NCBI GenBank assembly: GCA_902584215.1
Contig: CACHYW010000004.1
Coordinates: 1 to 55,361, forward strand
DNA length: 55,361 nt
Reading direction: 5' to 3'
Source of the DNA: an uncultured Pelagibacteraceae bacterium
GTDB lineage: Bacteria > Pseudomonadota > Alphaproteobacteria > Pelagibacterales > AG-422-B15
This document shows positions 30,229-38,678 of the stretch, in pieces (position 1 is the stretch's first letter; each line of letters starts with the position of its first letter). Made by a program: the position numbers and the translations under genes. Below the pieces are notes generated by a model, which was not told the DNA's origin, ran no database searches, and worked only from the letters and a program-made list of their open reading frames with translations.

Positions 30229-30378
30229 GTTGGTTCACGTAAAGTGAATAACAGGGAATGAGGTTTAAATCCTTAGCTGTACCCGCAACTGTAACTCACG
30301 AGTTTGAATACAGATGCCACTGATTTTATCGGGAAGGCGTATTCAAATTTTGACGGAGAAGTCAGGAGACCTACCAAC
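30229..30378 (+). ncRNA. Cobalamin (B12) riboswitch
   Basis: GTTGGT...ACCAAC closing stem; TTCAC-gtaaa-GTGAA hairpin; AGGGAA (30253); CCCGCAACTGT (30282); GCCACTG (30316) / GGGAAGGC (30331) inside a TTTGAATAC/GTATTCAAA stem; B12 box AGTCAGGAGACCT (30360); upstream of a TonB-dependent receptor. Confidence 0.95.
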
Positions 30379-30427
30379 AAAACATAGTCATCCACACGTG
30401 ATCGGGATAATCATTTGGGCACAATTT

Positions 30428-30452
30428 GTTTGCGGTGACTTCAAACTGGAGG
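30428..30452 (+). promoter_or_regulatory. Riboswitch expression-platform hairpin and Shine-Dalgarno
   Basis: GTTTG-cggtgactt-CAAAC hairpin immediately 5' of GGAGG (30448-30452), which lies 6 nt before ATG 30459. Confidence 0.65.
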
Positions 30453-30458
30453 CAAAAA

Positions 30459-32678
30459 ATGACTAAAAAATTAGTTCTATCTATATTTATATTTATAACT
30501 CTTATTGGTAATATAAGCGCTGAAACACCTGAGATTTTAATTAACCCTAGTAGTGAAGAGTACACGAGACTCCAAACTGGCTTGGCTGGCTCAAATACCA
30601 CAATAATCTCTAAAGAAGATCTTAAACTGTATCAAAATAAATCCTTGCCAAAAATCATTGAGAGTTACTCAGGTATTTCTACAAGATCAACGGCAGCTGG
30701 ATATGATGGTGTGTATACCACATTAGATATGCGAGGTTTTGGAGAAGTAGCAAAATCAAATACTTTAATTTTAATAAATGGCAGACGCCTTAACGATATT
30801 GATATGTCTACCATCAACTCGCATATACCAACTGATAGTATTGAAAGAATTGAAATTATAAGAGGTGGATCGGCGGCAACATTATATGGCTCAGGTGCGG
30901 TTGGAGGTGCAATTAATATTGTTACAAACAATGAGGATATAAATAATTCTTTCAAAACCTCAATTGGTTCATATAGCAATAAAAGTGTAGATTTATCATT
31001 GTTTACTAATATAAACGATCAGAGTTCTGCTAGTCTTTTTGGATCTCAAACTTCAAACAGTAACTACCGAGAATCAGCAGATTTTGATGAAAGTAATATT
31101 TTATTAAATACTAAGCATAAGGTTGATAACGTAACTTTAAGTATTGATGTCATGTCGATGGAGAATGAGAAAGATCTCCCAGGTGGGAGAATCAAAGGGG
31201 GTGAAGTTTATAATTTTCATATTTGTAACCGCTACGAGGATAGCAAGACAGCAAGAAACATAGGTGGAAGCTCATTAGAAAATGGAGACTCTTGTAATAC
31301 AGAACGACGAGTAGATTACGCTAATACTGAGATGGACTCAATTAATGCCAGTGTTGTTGTTCCTCTAAATGATTTGAATAAGATTTTTATTAATGCGGGT
31401 TACAGAGATAAAACAGACAAATCTTTTTTTGGAGCAAACGCAAATACAGCGTCTACTCCAAATAATAATGATAGATATACAGTGACAACAATTGACGGTA
31501 ATAATTTTAATTCCAGATATGAGACAAAGCAAATTAATGAAACTCACTCTAATATTTTTAGTATAGGATACGATTATGCTCATTCTTTCTATGATTCAAC
31601 AAAACGTAGAAAAGAAGATGAGGCTATGGGACAACAAATCTTTGCCGATCTTAAGGTCAGATCATTATATTTTCAAAATACCACATATATAAATGAAAGT
31701 GATCTCTCAATTTCATTAGGGTACAGAGACGAAAAAAGTATGTTTAAAGCTCGTGATGACATTGATAAAACAGCTCCAGGTTTTGCAGATGTAGAATATT
31801 TTGGAGTTTTCTATCCAGCCATTTATGATATGACAACTCATAACAATACGACGAGCAATCAGGCATTCAATCTTGGTTTTGAAAAAAAATTAAATAGAGA
31901 GCTTTCATTGTATGCAAGTTATGCCGAATCTTTTCGAATTCCCAACATTGACGAAAGAGTTGCCTCGTCAAGTCCCAAGACAACGTTTGATCTTAAAAGC
32001 CAAGAATCTGAGGGCTACGATATTGGATTAAGATATCTTAGAGACCAACTTAATTTAGATGTTAGTTATTATGTGATTGATACAACAAATGAAATACAAC
32101 TTAGAAATAATATAAACGCAAATATCGATCCTATTGAACGTCAAGGTTTAGATGTTGATTTTGGATATAGTTTTGATCAATCGAATAAATTAAGGGGGTC
32201 TTTTAGTTATACTGTCGCAGAGTTCACTGCTGGAACACTTACACCGGGAGTCAGTACTTATGGGGAATCTTTTGCACCAATAACATGGCAAAATCTTTTA
32301 AACGGAGTTGAAACATTAAGCTTAAAAGGTAAATCTGTACCACTTATTTCCCCGATGCAATTTAGTTTAGCCTATGAAACTAAAGTGAGAGACAATTTAA
32401 CTCTTGATGTAGAATTAAATTATTTAGACAAGAAATATGTTTCAAATGACGAAGAAAATATTGAACCACAAATACCAGATTATTATTTTGTTAATACATA
32501 TCTAAGTTCAGTGAATACAAATTACACATTGAATTTTGGTATTAATAATCTTTTTGATGAAGCTGCTTATGATTTTGCAGTATCGAGTACTTTTCATAAT
32601 GATGCTCATTATGGATTATCTAATGTATACCCTTTACCTGAAAGAAACTTATTCTTTGATTTAGCGTATACTTTTTGA
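30459..32678 (+). CDS. btuB: TonB-dependent receptor, probable cobalamin transporter (BtuB-like)
   Basis: Signal peptide; plug motifs LDMRGFG, LILINGRR and IERIEIIRG..ATLYGSGAVGGAINIVT; C-terminal Phe; under a B12 riboswitch. Start set at the SD-preceded ATG. Confidence 0.82.
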   Translation: MTKKLVLSIFIFITLIGNISAETPEILINPSSEEYTRLQTGLAGSNTTIISKEDLKLYQNKSLPKIIESYSGISTRSTAAGYDGVYTTLDMRGFGEVAKSNTLILINGRRLNDIDMSTINSHIPTDSIERIEIIRGGSAATLYGSGAVGGAINIVTNNEDINNSFKTSIGSYSNKSVDLSLFTNINDQSSASLFGSQTSNSNYRESADFDESNILLNTKHKVDNVTLSIDVMSMENEKDLPGGRIKGGEVYNFHICNRYEDSKTARNIGGSSLENGDSCNTERRVDYANTEMDSINASVVVPLNDLNKIFINAGYRDKTDKSFFGANANTASTPNNNDRYTVTTIDGNNFNSRYETKQINETHSNIFSIGYDYAHSFYDSTKRRKEDEAMGQQIFADLKVRSLYFQNTTYINESDLSISLGYRDEKSMFKARDDIDKTAPGFADVEYFGVFYPAIYDMTTHNNTTSNQAFNLGFEKKLNRELSLYASYAESFRIPNIDERVASSSPKTTFDLKSQESEGYDIGLRYLRDQLNLDVSYYVIDTTNEIQLRNNINANIDPIERQGLDVDFGYSFDQSNKLRGSFSYTVAEFTAGTLTPGVSTYGESFAPITWQNLLNGVETLSLKGKSVPLISPMQFSLAYETKVRDNLTLDVELNYLDKKYVSNDEENIEPQIPDYYFVNTYLSSVNTNYTLNFGINNLFDEAAYDFAVSSTFHNDAHYGLSNVYPLPERNLFFDLAYTF

Positions 32679-32701
32679 TTTATTGAGTTTATAAATTATA
32701 C

Positions 32702-33217
32702 ATGAATGCAAAAAACAACATCTATTTGGCACTCGGTCTAGTAGCACTACTTGCATTAAGTAGATTGATACCGCACTCACCAAATTTCACGCCAATTCTT
32801 GGAATGGCTGTGTTTTCTGGAGCAATTATCAATAAAAGGTTTTTTGCTTATTTAGTTCCTTTATTATCTATGTTGCTAAGTGATTTATATCTCGGTTTTC
32901 ATGCTAGTATGCCCATTATTTATTTCTCTTTAGCTATCTGTGTTTTGATTGGAACATTCATTGAGGCAAGAGTAACTACTCTGAATTCTTTTTTAAGTAT
33001 CAGTTTAGGGGTATTAGTATTTTTCTTAATCACAAACTTTGCTGTTTGGTATGGATCTGGGATGTACGAGTTAAGTATTACAGGTCTTATGACTTGTTAC
33101 GTTATGGCACTGCCTTTTGTGCAAAATACATTTTTTTCGAGTATTTTGTATGGAATGGGAGCTTTTTTAATTTACGATATCATCAATAAACGTATGATTT
33201 TTGGCAATAATGCTTAA
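32702..33217 (+). CDS. DUF6580-like (ECF S-component-like) putative cobalamin membrane transporter
   Basis: SRLIPHSPNFTP, LSDLYLGF, FFLITNFAVW and GLMTCYVMALPF motifs; about 6 TM helices; 23 bp after btuB. Confidence 0.72.
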   Translation: MNAKNNIYLALGLVALLALSRLIPHSPNFTPILGMAVFSGAIINKRFFAYLVPLLSMLLSDLYLGFHASMPIIYFSLAICVLIGTFIEARVTTLNSFLSISLGVLVFFLITNFAVWYGSGMYELSITGLMTCYVMALPFVQNTFFSSILYGMGAFLIYDIINKRMIFGNNA

Positions 33218-33226
33218 AAAATAGAG

Positions 33227-33255
33227 TTGAAATCAGTATTTTAAGGCATTATATA
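33227..33255 (+). promoter_or_regulatory. Putative sigma70 promoter of the PimC-like gene
   Basis: TTGAAA-17 nt-TATATA; AGGTG SD at 33274. Confidence 0.5.
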
Positions 33256-33283
33256 TTTTTAAATTTTAAAATTAGGTGATTCC

Positions 33284-34486
33284 ATGGATACAGCATTTTC
33301 GAGTGAAGATTTAAAATTTCAATCAGACGTAAGAGAATTTATATCAAACAACTACCCGAAAGAGTTGAAGGACTCAATTGGTGCAAAAAGAAAAACTGGA
33401 AAAGAGTTATCACGTGATGACTTAATGACCTGGCATAAAATTTTAGGTAAACATAATGGTTGGTCAGCACCTGGATGGCCTAAACAGTATGGGGGAGCTG
33501 AATTTTCTCCAACACAAAAATATATATTTGAGCAAGAGTGTGCTCGAGCGGAATGTCAATACATAATGCCTTTTGGTGTTAATATGGTTGGCCCAGTTAT
33601 CTATACATTCGGTAACGATGAACAAAAAGCAAAACATCTCCCAGGAATTTTAAGCGGCGATGTGTTTTGGTGCCAGGGATATTCAGAGCCAGGGTCAGGT
33701 TCTGATTTAGCTTCTCTTAAAACAAGTGCAGTCAAAGAGGGTGATCATTATGTTGTTAATGGACAAAAAACTTGGACTACTCTTGCTCAGCATGCAGATT
33801 GGATTTTTTGCTTAGTTAGAACAAACCCAGAGGCAGAAAAACCTCAGCAGGGGATCTCATTTCTTTTGATTGATATGAAAACCCCAGGCATTACTGTTCG
33901 TCCAATAAAGCTTATGGATGGATCTCACGAAGTTAACGAAACCTGGTTTGATAATGTAAAAGTACCAGTTGAGAATCTAATTGGACAAGAGAATATGGGC
34001 TGGACTTATGCAAAATTTTTATTAGCTCATGAAAGATCTGGTATTGCTGGTGTCGCTAGGTCTAAAAAAGCTTTGGAAAGAATAAAGCAAATTGCTAGTG
34101 CAGAGATGTCTTATGGTGAACCGTTAATACAAGATCCAGCATTTAAATCCAAAATAGCAAATGCAGAACTCGAATTAAATTCTCTAGAATATACTGAACT
34201 GAGAACTTTAGCTAAAGACTCAGCAGGTAAAGGTCCTGGCCCAGAATCTTCGCTTTTGAAAATTAAGGGAACTGATATTCAGCAAATGGTCACCGAACTT
34301 GCGATGGAAGCTGTTGGATATTATGCTAACCCTCATTTGGGCACTACATTAAGTAACGAATATGTAGGACCTGATTATGCAACTAATTTATCAGGATCAT
34401 ACTTTAATTTCAGAAAAGCATCTATTTACGGTGGCTCTAATGAAATTCAGAGAAATATTATTGCTAAGATGGTTCTAGGATTATAA
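33284..34486 (+). CDS. Acyl-CoA dehydrogenase, PimC-like large subunit
   Basis: PFGVNMVGPVI, WCQGYSEPGSGSDLASL, GWTYAKFLLAHER and SIYGGSNEIQRNIIAK motifs. Confidence 0.92.
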   Translation: MDTAFSSEDLKFQSDVREFISNNYPKELKDSIGAKRKTGKELSRDDLMTWHKILGKHNGWSAPGWPKQYGGAEFSPTQKYIFEQECARAECQYIMPFGVNMVGPVIYTFGNDEQKAKHLPGILSGDVFWCQGYSEPGSGSDLASLKTSAVKEGDHYVVNGQKTWTTLAQHADWIFCLVRTNPEAEKPQQGISFLLIDMKTPGITVRPIKLMDGSHEVNETWFDNVKVPVENLIGQENMGWTYAKFLLAHERSGIAGVARSKKALERIKQIASAEMSYGEPLIQDPAFKSKIANAELELNSLEYTELRTLAKDSAGKGPGPESSLLKIKGTDIQQMVTELAMEAVGYYANPHLGTTLSNEYVGPDYATNLSGSYFNFRKASIYGGSNEIQRNIIAKMVLGL

Positions 34487-34526
34487 ATTTTTGACATTTT
34501 AGTAAGCAATATATAGGACTGCCCCC

Positions 34527-35705
34527 ATGAATTTTGATTATACAGAAGAACAAACTCTTCTTGAAAACATGGTTACTTCATTTGTAAGAGATGACTATGA
34601 CTGGGATACAAGATGCTCAATTGTTAAAACTGAGGAGGGATGGAAAGAAGAGAACTGGAAGAAGTTTGCTGAACTTGGTCTTTTAGGAGTTCCTTTTGAG
34701 GAGGATCATGGTGGACTGGGTGGTGAAGCTACCGACATAATGATTGTAATGGAGCAATTTGGAAAAGGCCTTGTAGTAGAGCCATACATGCCATCAATAA
34801 TTCTTGCTGGGGGTCTTATTTCTAAACTTGGATCAGCGGATCAAAAAAATTCAATTATTCCAGAAATTATATCAGGTGACAGACGTTATGTTTTTGCATA
34901 CGCAGAACCTCAAAGTAGGTTTGACTTATTTGATGTAAAATGTTCGGCAACTCTTGACGGAGATAACTATACTATTAACGGATTTAAGTCAGTGGTCTTT
35001 GGTGCTGGCATGGCAACTCATCTAATTATTTCAGTGAGGACTGAAGGAGATCAAAGATCAAAGTCGGGAATTACATTATTTCTAGTTGATATAAAATCTG
35101 AAGGTATCACCTTACAGAATTATCCGACAATAGATGAATATAGGGCATCAGAAGTTGTTATTGAAAATTTAAGTGTATCTAAAGAAAATATTTTAGGCGA
35201 GTTGGGCAACTCTTATGAAGCAATTGAAGAACAAGTAGATTTATCTACAATTGCAATATGCTCAGAAGCTGTTGGTATTTTACAAGTGCTTAAAGACTCA
35301 ACTAACGATTATTGTAAAAATAGAAAACAATTTGGACAGCCAATTAGTGCAAATCAAGCAATACAGCACCGCCTTGTTGATATGATGATTGAATATGAGC
35401 AAGCAAAATCAATTCTCTACATGGCAATTACAGCAGACCTTAACAATCCAGATGAAAGAAGAAAGGCAGCATCGGCTGCAAAAGCCCGTATTGGTAAAGC
35501 CATTAAATTTGTTGGTGAAAATGCTATTCAATTGCACGGCGGCATGGGTGTTGTTGACGAGTATATGATCAGTCACTTTTTTAAAAGAGCAACAATGATT
35601 GGAATTCTTTTCGGCAATGTTGACTTTCACATGAAAAGATACATTGATTTGACTCAATCTAATATTCAGTCAATAAATGAAGAAGACGGAATCAATCTTT
35701 CTTAG
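34527..35705 (+). CDS. Acyl-CoA dehydrogenase, PimD-like small subunit
   Basis: GKGLVVEPY, RKQFGQPI..NQAIQHRLVDM and IQLHGGMG..DEY..HFFKR motifs. Confidence 0.9.
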   Translation: MNFDYTEEQTLLENMVTSFVRDDYDWDTRCSIVKTEEGWKEENWKKFAELGLLGVPFEEDHGGLGGEATDIMIVMEQFGKGLVVEPYMPSIILAGGLISKLGSADQKNSIIPEIISGDRRYVFAYAEPQSRFDLFDVKCSATLDGDNYTINGFKSVVFGAGMATHLIISVRTEGDQRSKSGITLFLVDIKSEGITLQNYPTIDEYRASEVVIENLSVSKENILGELGNSYEAIEEQVDLSTIAICSEAVGILQVLKDSTNDYCKNRKQFGQPISANQAIQHRLVDMMIEYEQAKSILYMAITADLNNPDERRKAASAAKARIGKAIKFVGENAIQLHGGMGVVDEYMISHFFKRATMIGILFGNVDFHMKRYIDLTQSNIQSINEEDGINLS

Positions 35706-35717
35706 ATAATTAATTTT

Positions 35718-36620
35718 TTATTCTGATAGCTTTTTAAATATATGAGCAGTGTGTTCCGCACCACTTCTTAGAGCTTTACCATTTGACATATCTGAAGCTT
35801 CCGACCATTTTTCAGCAAGCATATCAGCATTTAGATCATCCCCTTTAAGAGCAATTCCTTCAGAATGTACTATTTCAGCCATTGCAAATACACCTGCTCC
35901 GGCAGAAATCATTACACCATCAGGCGCATTTTCAGATGCCATAAATATAACCGCTGGAGATACAGACTCGGGTTTAAGGCTGTCAAATACTGCGTCAGGC
36001 ATTCCAAGATTCTCTGTCATTCTTGTTGCTGCGACAGGTACGAGAGAGTTAACCTTGATGTTATTCTTTTGTCCTTCAATTCTAAGAGTATTCATTAAGC
36101 CAACAACTCCCATTTTAGCTGATCCATAGTTAGACTGTCCAAAATTACCAAATATTCCTGACGAAGAAGATGTCATTATTATTCGACCATATTTTTGCTC
36201 AACCATAATTGGCCATACCGCCTTACTACAATAGACAGACCCCATCATATGCACATCAACAACAAATTCAAAATCATCCAAAGTTACTTTCGCAAAAGAT
36301 TTGTCTCTCAAGACACCAGCATTGTTTACGAGAATATCAATTCTACCGTAAGCTGCCATTGCATCATCTACAAGTTTTTTTACACCAGCTTTATCAGTTA
36401 CACTTGATCCATTTGAAATGGCATCACCACCCAAAGCTTTAATTTCATCGACAACCTTATCAGCCGCTTCACTTGATCCACCTGATCCATCTACAGCACC
36501 ACCCAAATCATTAACAATAACTTTTGCACCTCTCTCAGCAAATTGAAGCGCATGGCATCTACCTAATCCTCCACCAGCACCAGTTACTATTGCTACTTTA
36601 TCTTTAAAACTTATTGTCAT
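35718..36620 (-). CDS. SDR oxidoreductase, MFE-2-type 3-hydroxyacyl-CoA dehydrogenase-like
   Basis: TGAGGGLG, NDLGG, NNAGVLRD and GNFGQSNYGSAK (YxxxK) motifs. Confidence 0.9.
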   Translation of the reverse strand: MTISFKDKVAIVTGAGGGLGRCHALQFAERGAKVIVNDLGGAVDGSGGSSEAADKVVDEIKALGGDAISNGSSVTDKAGVKKLVDDAMAAYGRIDILVNNAGVLRDKSFAKVTLDDFEFVVDVHMMGSVYCSKAVWPIMVEQKYGRIIMTSSSSGIFGNFGQSNYGSAKMGVVGLMNTLRIEGQKNNIKVNSLVPVAATRMTENLGMPDAVFDSLKPESVSPAVIFMASENAPDGVMISAGAGVFAMAEIVHSEGIALKGDDLNADMLAEKWSEASDMSNGKALRSGAEHTAHIFKKLSE

Positions 36621-36629
36621 TTTTAACTC

Positions 36630-37289
36630 CTATGTGATCAAATCTTTTAATTGAGTAAAATTATTTATCACCATATCAGCCTCTTTGTAAATATTTTTAT
36701 TATCTGTATACCCATACTCAACTAGAACAACAGGCATATTTGCATTGTGTCCTGCATTTAAATCTGTTGCACTATCTCCAACCATTATTGAATCAGACTG
36801 ATTAATTTTTAGGTGGTTACAGATTTTAACTAAAGGAAGGGGATCGGGTTTACTTTTAATATACGTATCTCCTCCAGCTAAGAAATCAAAGTACTTTAAT
36901 ACATCTAACTTCTCTAAAAGCATAATACTTAATTTTTCCATTTTGTTTGTGCACACTGCCAATTTAATTTCTCTAGATTTAAGAAACTCTAACACTTCTC
37001 TTACATTATTAAAAAGTATGCTGTCATCATCAATATTATGGGTATAATGAAGTAAAAATATTTTTAACATTTCATTTAACTTCGAATCATCGTGTTCAAT
37101 ATTTTTTGAAACAGCAGTTCGTCTTATCAATTCACGCGCGCCATAGCCCACCAGATTTCTTATTTCCTCAAGTGAGACTAAAGGATAGTCGAGTTCAGAG
37201 AGCATATAGTTAAGAGAATTTTTAAAGTCTGGAGCTGTATCTACAAGCGTGCCATCGAGATCAAAAATAAATAATTTTTTGTTTTTCAT
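36630..37289 (-). CDS. gph: Phosphoglycolate phosphatase (HAD)
   Basis: FDLDGTLVDT, CTNK, KPDP and VGDS..D motifs; divergent from glmU as in other alphaproteobacteria. Confidence 0.85.
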   Translation of the reverse strand: MKNKKLFIFDLDGTLVDTAPDFKNSLNYMLSELDYPLVSLEEIRNLVGYGARELIRRTAVSKNIEHDDSKLNEMLKIFLLHYTHNIDDDSILFNNVREVLEFLKSREIKLAVCTNKMEKLSIMLLEKLDVLKYFDFLAGGDTYIKSKPDPLPLVKICNHLKINQSDSIMVGDSATDLNAGHNANMPVVLVEYGYTDNKNIYKEADMVINNFTQLKDLIT

Positions 37290-37369
37290 AGTTAAATTAA
37301 AGTAAGCCTTTGAAATAAATCTTTACGATACAATTAATAACATATTGTTTATTTTTCAGTCAAAATCCA

Positions 37370-38674
37370 ATGAATAATTTAGAAATTATAATACTTGCGG
37401 CTGGGAAGGGAACTAGAATGAAATCTAGTATCCCAAAAGTATTGCATCATTTGGGGGGAAAGCCAGTAGTTGAACATGTTTTAAATACCGCACGATCTTT
37501 AAAGCCAAAGAAAATTCATTTAGTACTTAATAAAGAAATAAAAAATGAATTTGATCACTTAAAAAATAAAATAAACTTAATAATACAGAAAAAACAATTA
37601 GGAACTGGCGATGCGATCAACGCAGCCATAAGAAGTCTTCAAAAAAATTCTAATATTCTTGTCCTTTATGGAGATGTTCCACTCATACATTCATCCACTT
37701 TAAAAAAAATAATTAAGTTCAAAAAAAATGAAATCAATATTCTTTGTTTTAATAAAGAAGAGCAAAATAATTATGGAAAAGTTATATTGGGAACTAATGG
37801 TTTTGTTAACGAGATAATTGAACAAAAAGAGCTTAAAAGAAAAGAGAACTTTTACCTGTGCAATTCTGGTATTTTTTCAATTCACTCAAAACTTCTTACA
37901 AAATTAATACCAAAAATAAATAATAAAAATATGAAGAAAGAATATTATTTAACAGATATCTTCAAAATGGCATCAAATAGTGATATCAAAATTAAGTCAG
38001 TTGTTACATCTGAGAAAGAAGTGCAGGGTATCAATGATAAAAAGGATTTAGCCATGGCAGAAAATGAATTTCAAGAAAATTTAAGAGTTAAACATCTTAA
38101 AGCTGGCGTAACAATGCATGACCCTAGTACTGTATATTTTTCGGAAGACACAAAAATAGGAAAAGATGTAACTATTCATCCTTTTGTTGTGATTGGTAAA
38201 AATGTAAAAATTTTAAATGGTGCTGAAATTTATTCTTTTTCACATTTAGAAGACTGTAGGATCGGAAGGAAAACTAGCATAGGACCTTACGCCCGTATAA
38301 GGCCAGGTACACAGATTAATGAGCAGGCAAAAATTGGAAATTTTGTTGAAGTTAAGAATTCAACAATTGACACAAATTCAAAAATTAATCACCTATCTTA
38401 TGTTGGAGACTCAATAATTGGAAAAAATGTTAATGTTGGAGCAGGAACAATAACATGTAATTACGATGGAAAAGCAAAATATAAAACAGTTATTAAAGAC
38501 AATGCCTTTATAGGATCAAACTCATCACTTGTTGCACCATTAGAAGTTGGCAAAAATGCATATATTGGCTCTGGCTCAACAATAACAAAGAAAGTTAAAC
38601 AAGATAGCTTGGCTGTTGAAAGATCTGTCCAAATGGAAGTAAAAAATTGGGCTAAGAGGAAAAATAAAAAGTAA
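37370..38674 (+). CDS. glmU: Bifunctional UDP-GlcNAc pyrophosphorylase/acetyltransferase
   Basis: LAAGKGTRMKS, YGDVP, EYYLTD, hexapeptide repeats and GTITCNYDG. Confidence 0.97.
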   Translation: MNNLEIIILAAGKGTRMKSSIPKVLHHLGGKPVVEHVLNTARSLKPKKIHLVLNKEIKNEFDHLKNKINLIIQKKQLGTGDAINAAIRSLQKNSNILVLYGDVPLIHSSTLKKIIKFKKNEINILCFNKEEQNNYGKVILGTNGFVNEIIEQKELKRKENFYLCNSGIFSIHSKLLTKLIPKINNKNMKKEYYLTDIFKMASNSDIKIKSVVTSEKEVQGINDKKDLAMAENEFQENLRVKHLKAGVTMHDPSTVYFSEDTKIGKDVTIHPFVVIGKNVKILNGAEIYSFSHLEDCRIGRKTSIGPYARIRPGTQINEQAKIGNFVEVKNSTIDTNSKINHLSYVGDSIIGKNVNVGAGTITCNYDGKAKYKTVIKDNAFIGSNSSLVAPLEVGKNAYIGSGSTITKKVKQDSLAVERSVQMEVKNWAKRKNKK

Positions 38675-38678
38675 TTAT

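Noticed and set aside
30426-30458. TTG start for the receptor as given in the ORF track
   Set aside because: ATG 30459 has a GGAGG SD and gives a normal signal peptide; the extra codons belong to the riboswitch platform.
30371-30601. 76-aa antisense ORF over the riboswitch leader and btuB start
   Set aside because: Overlaps a structured RNA leader and a signal peptide; no motif or RBS seen.
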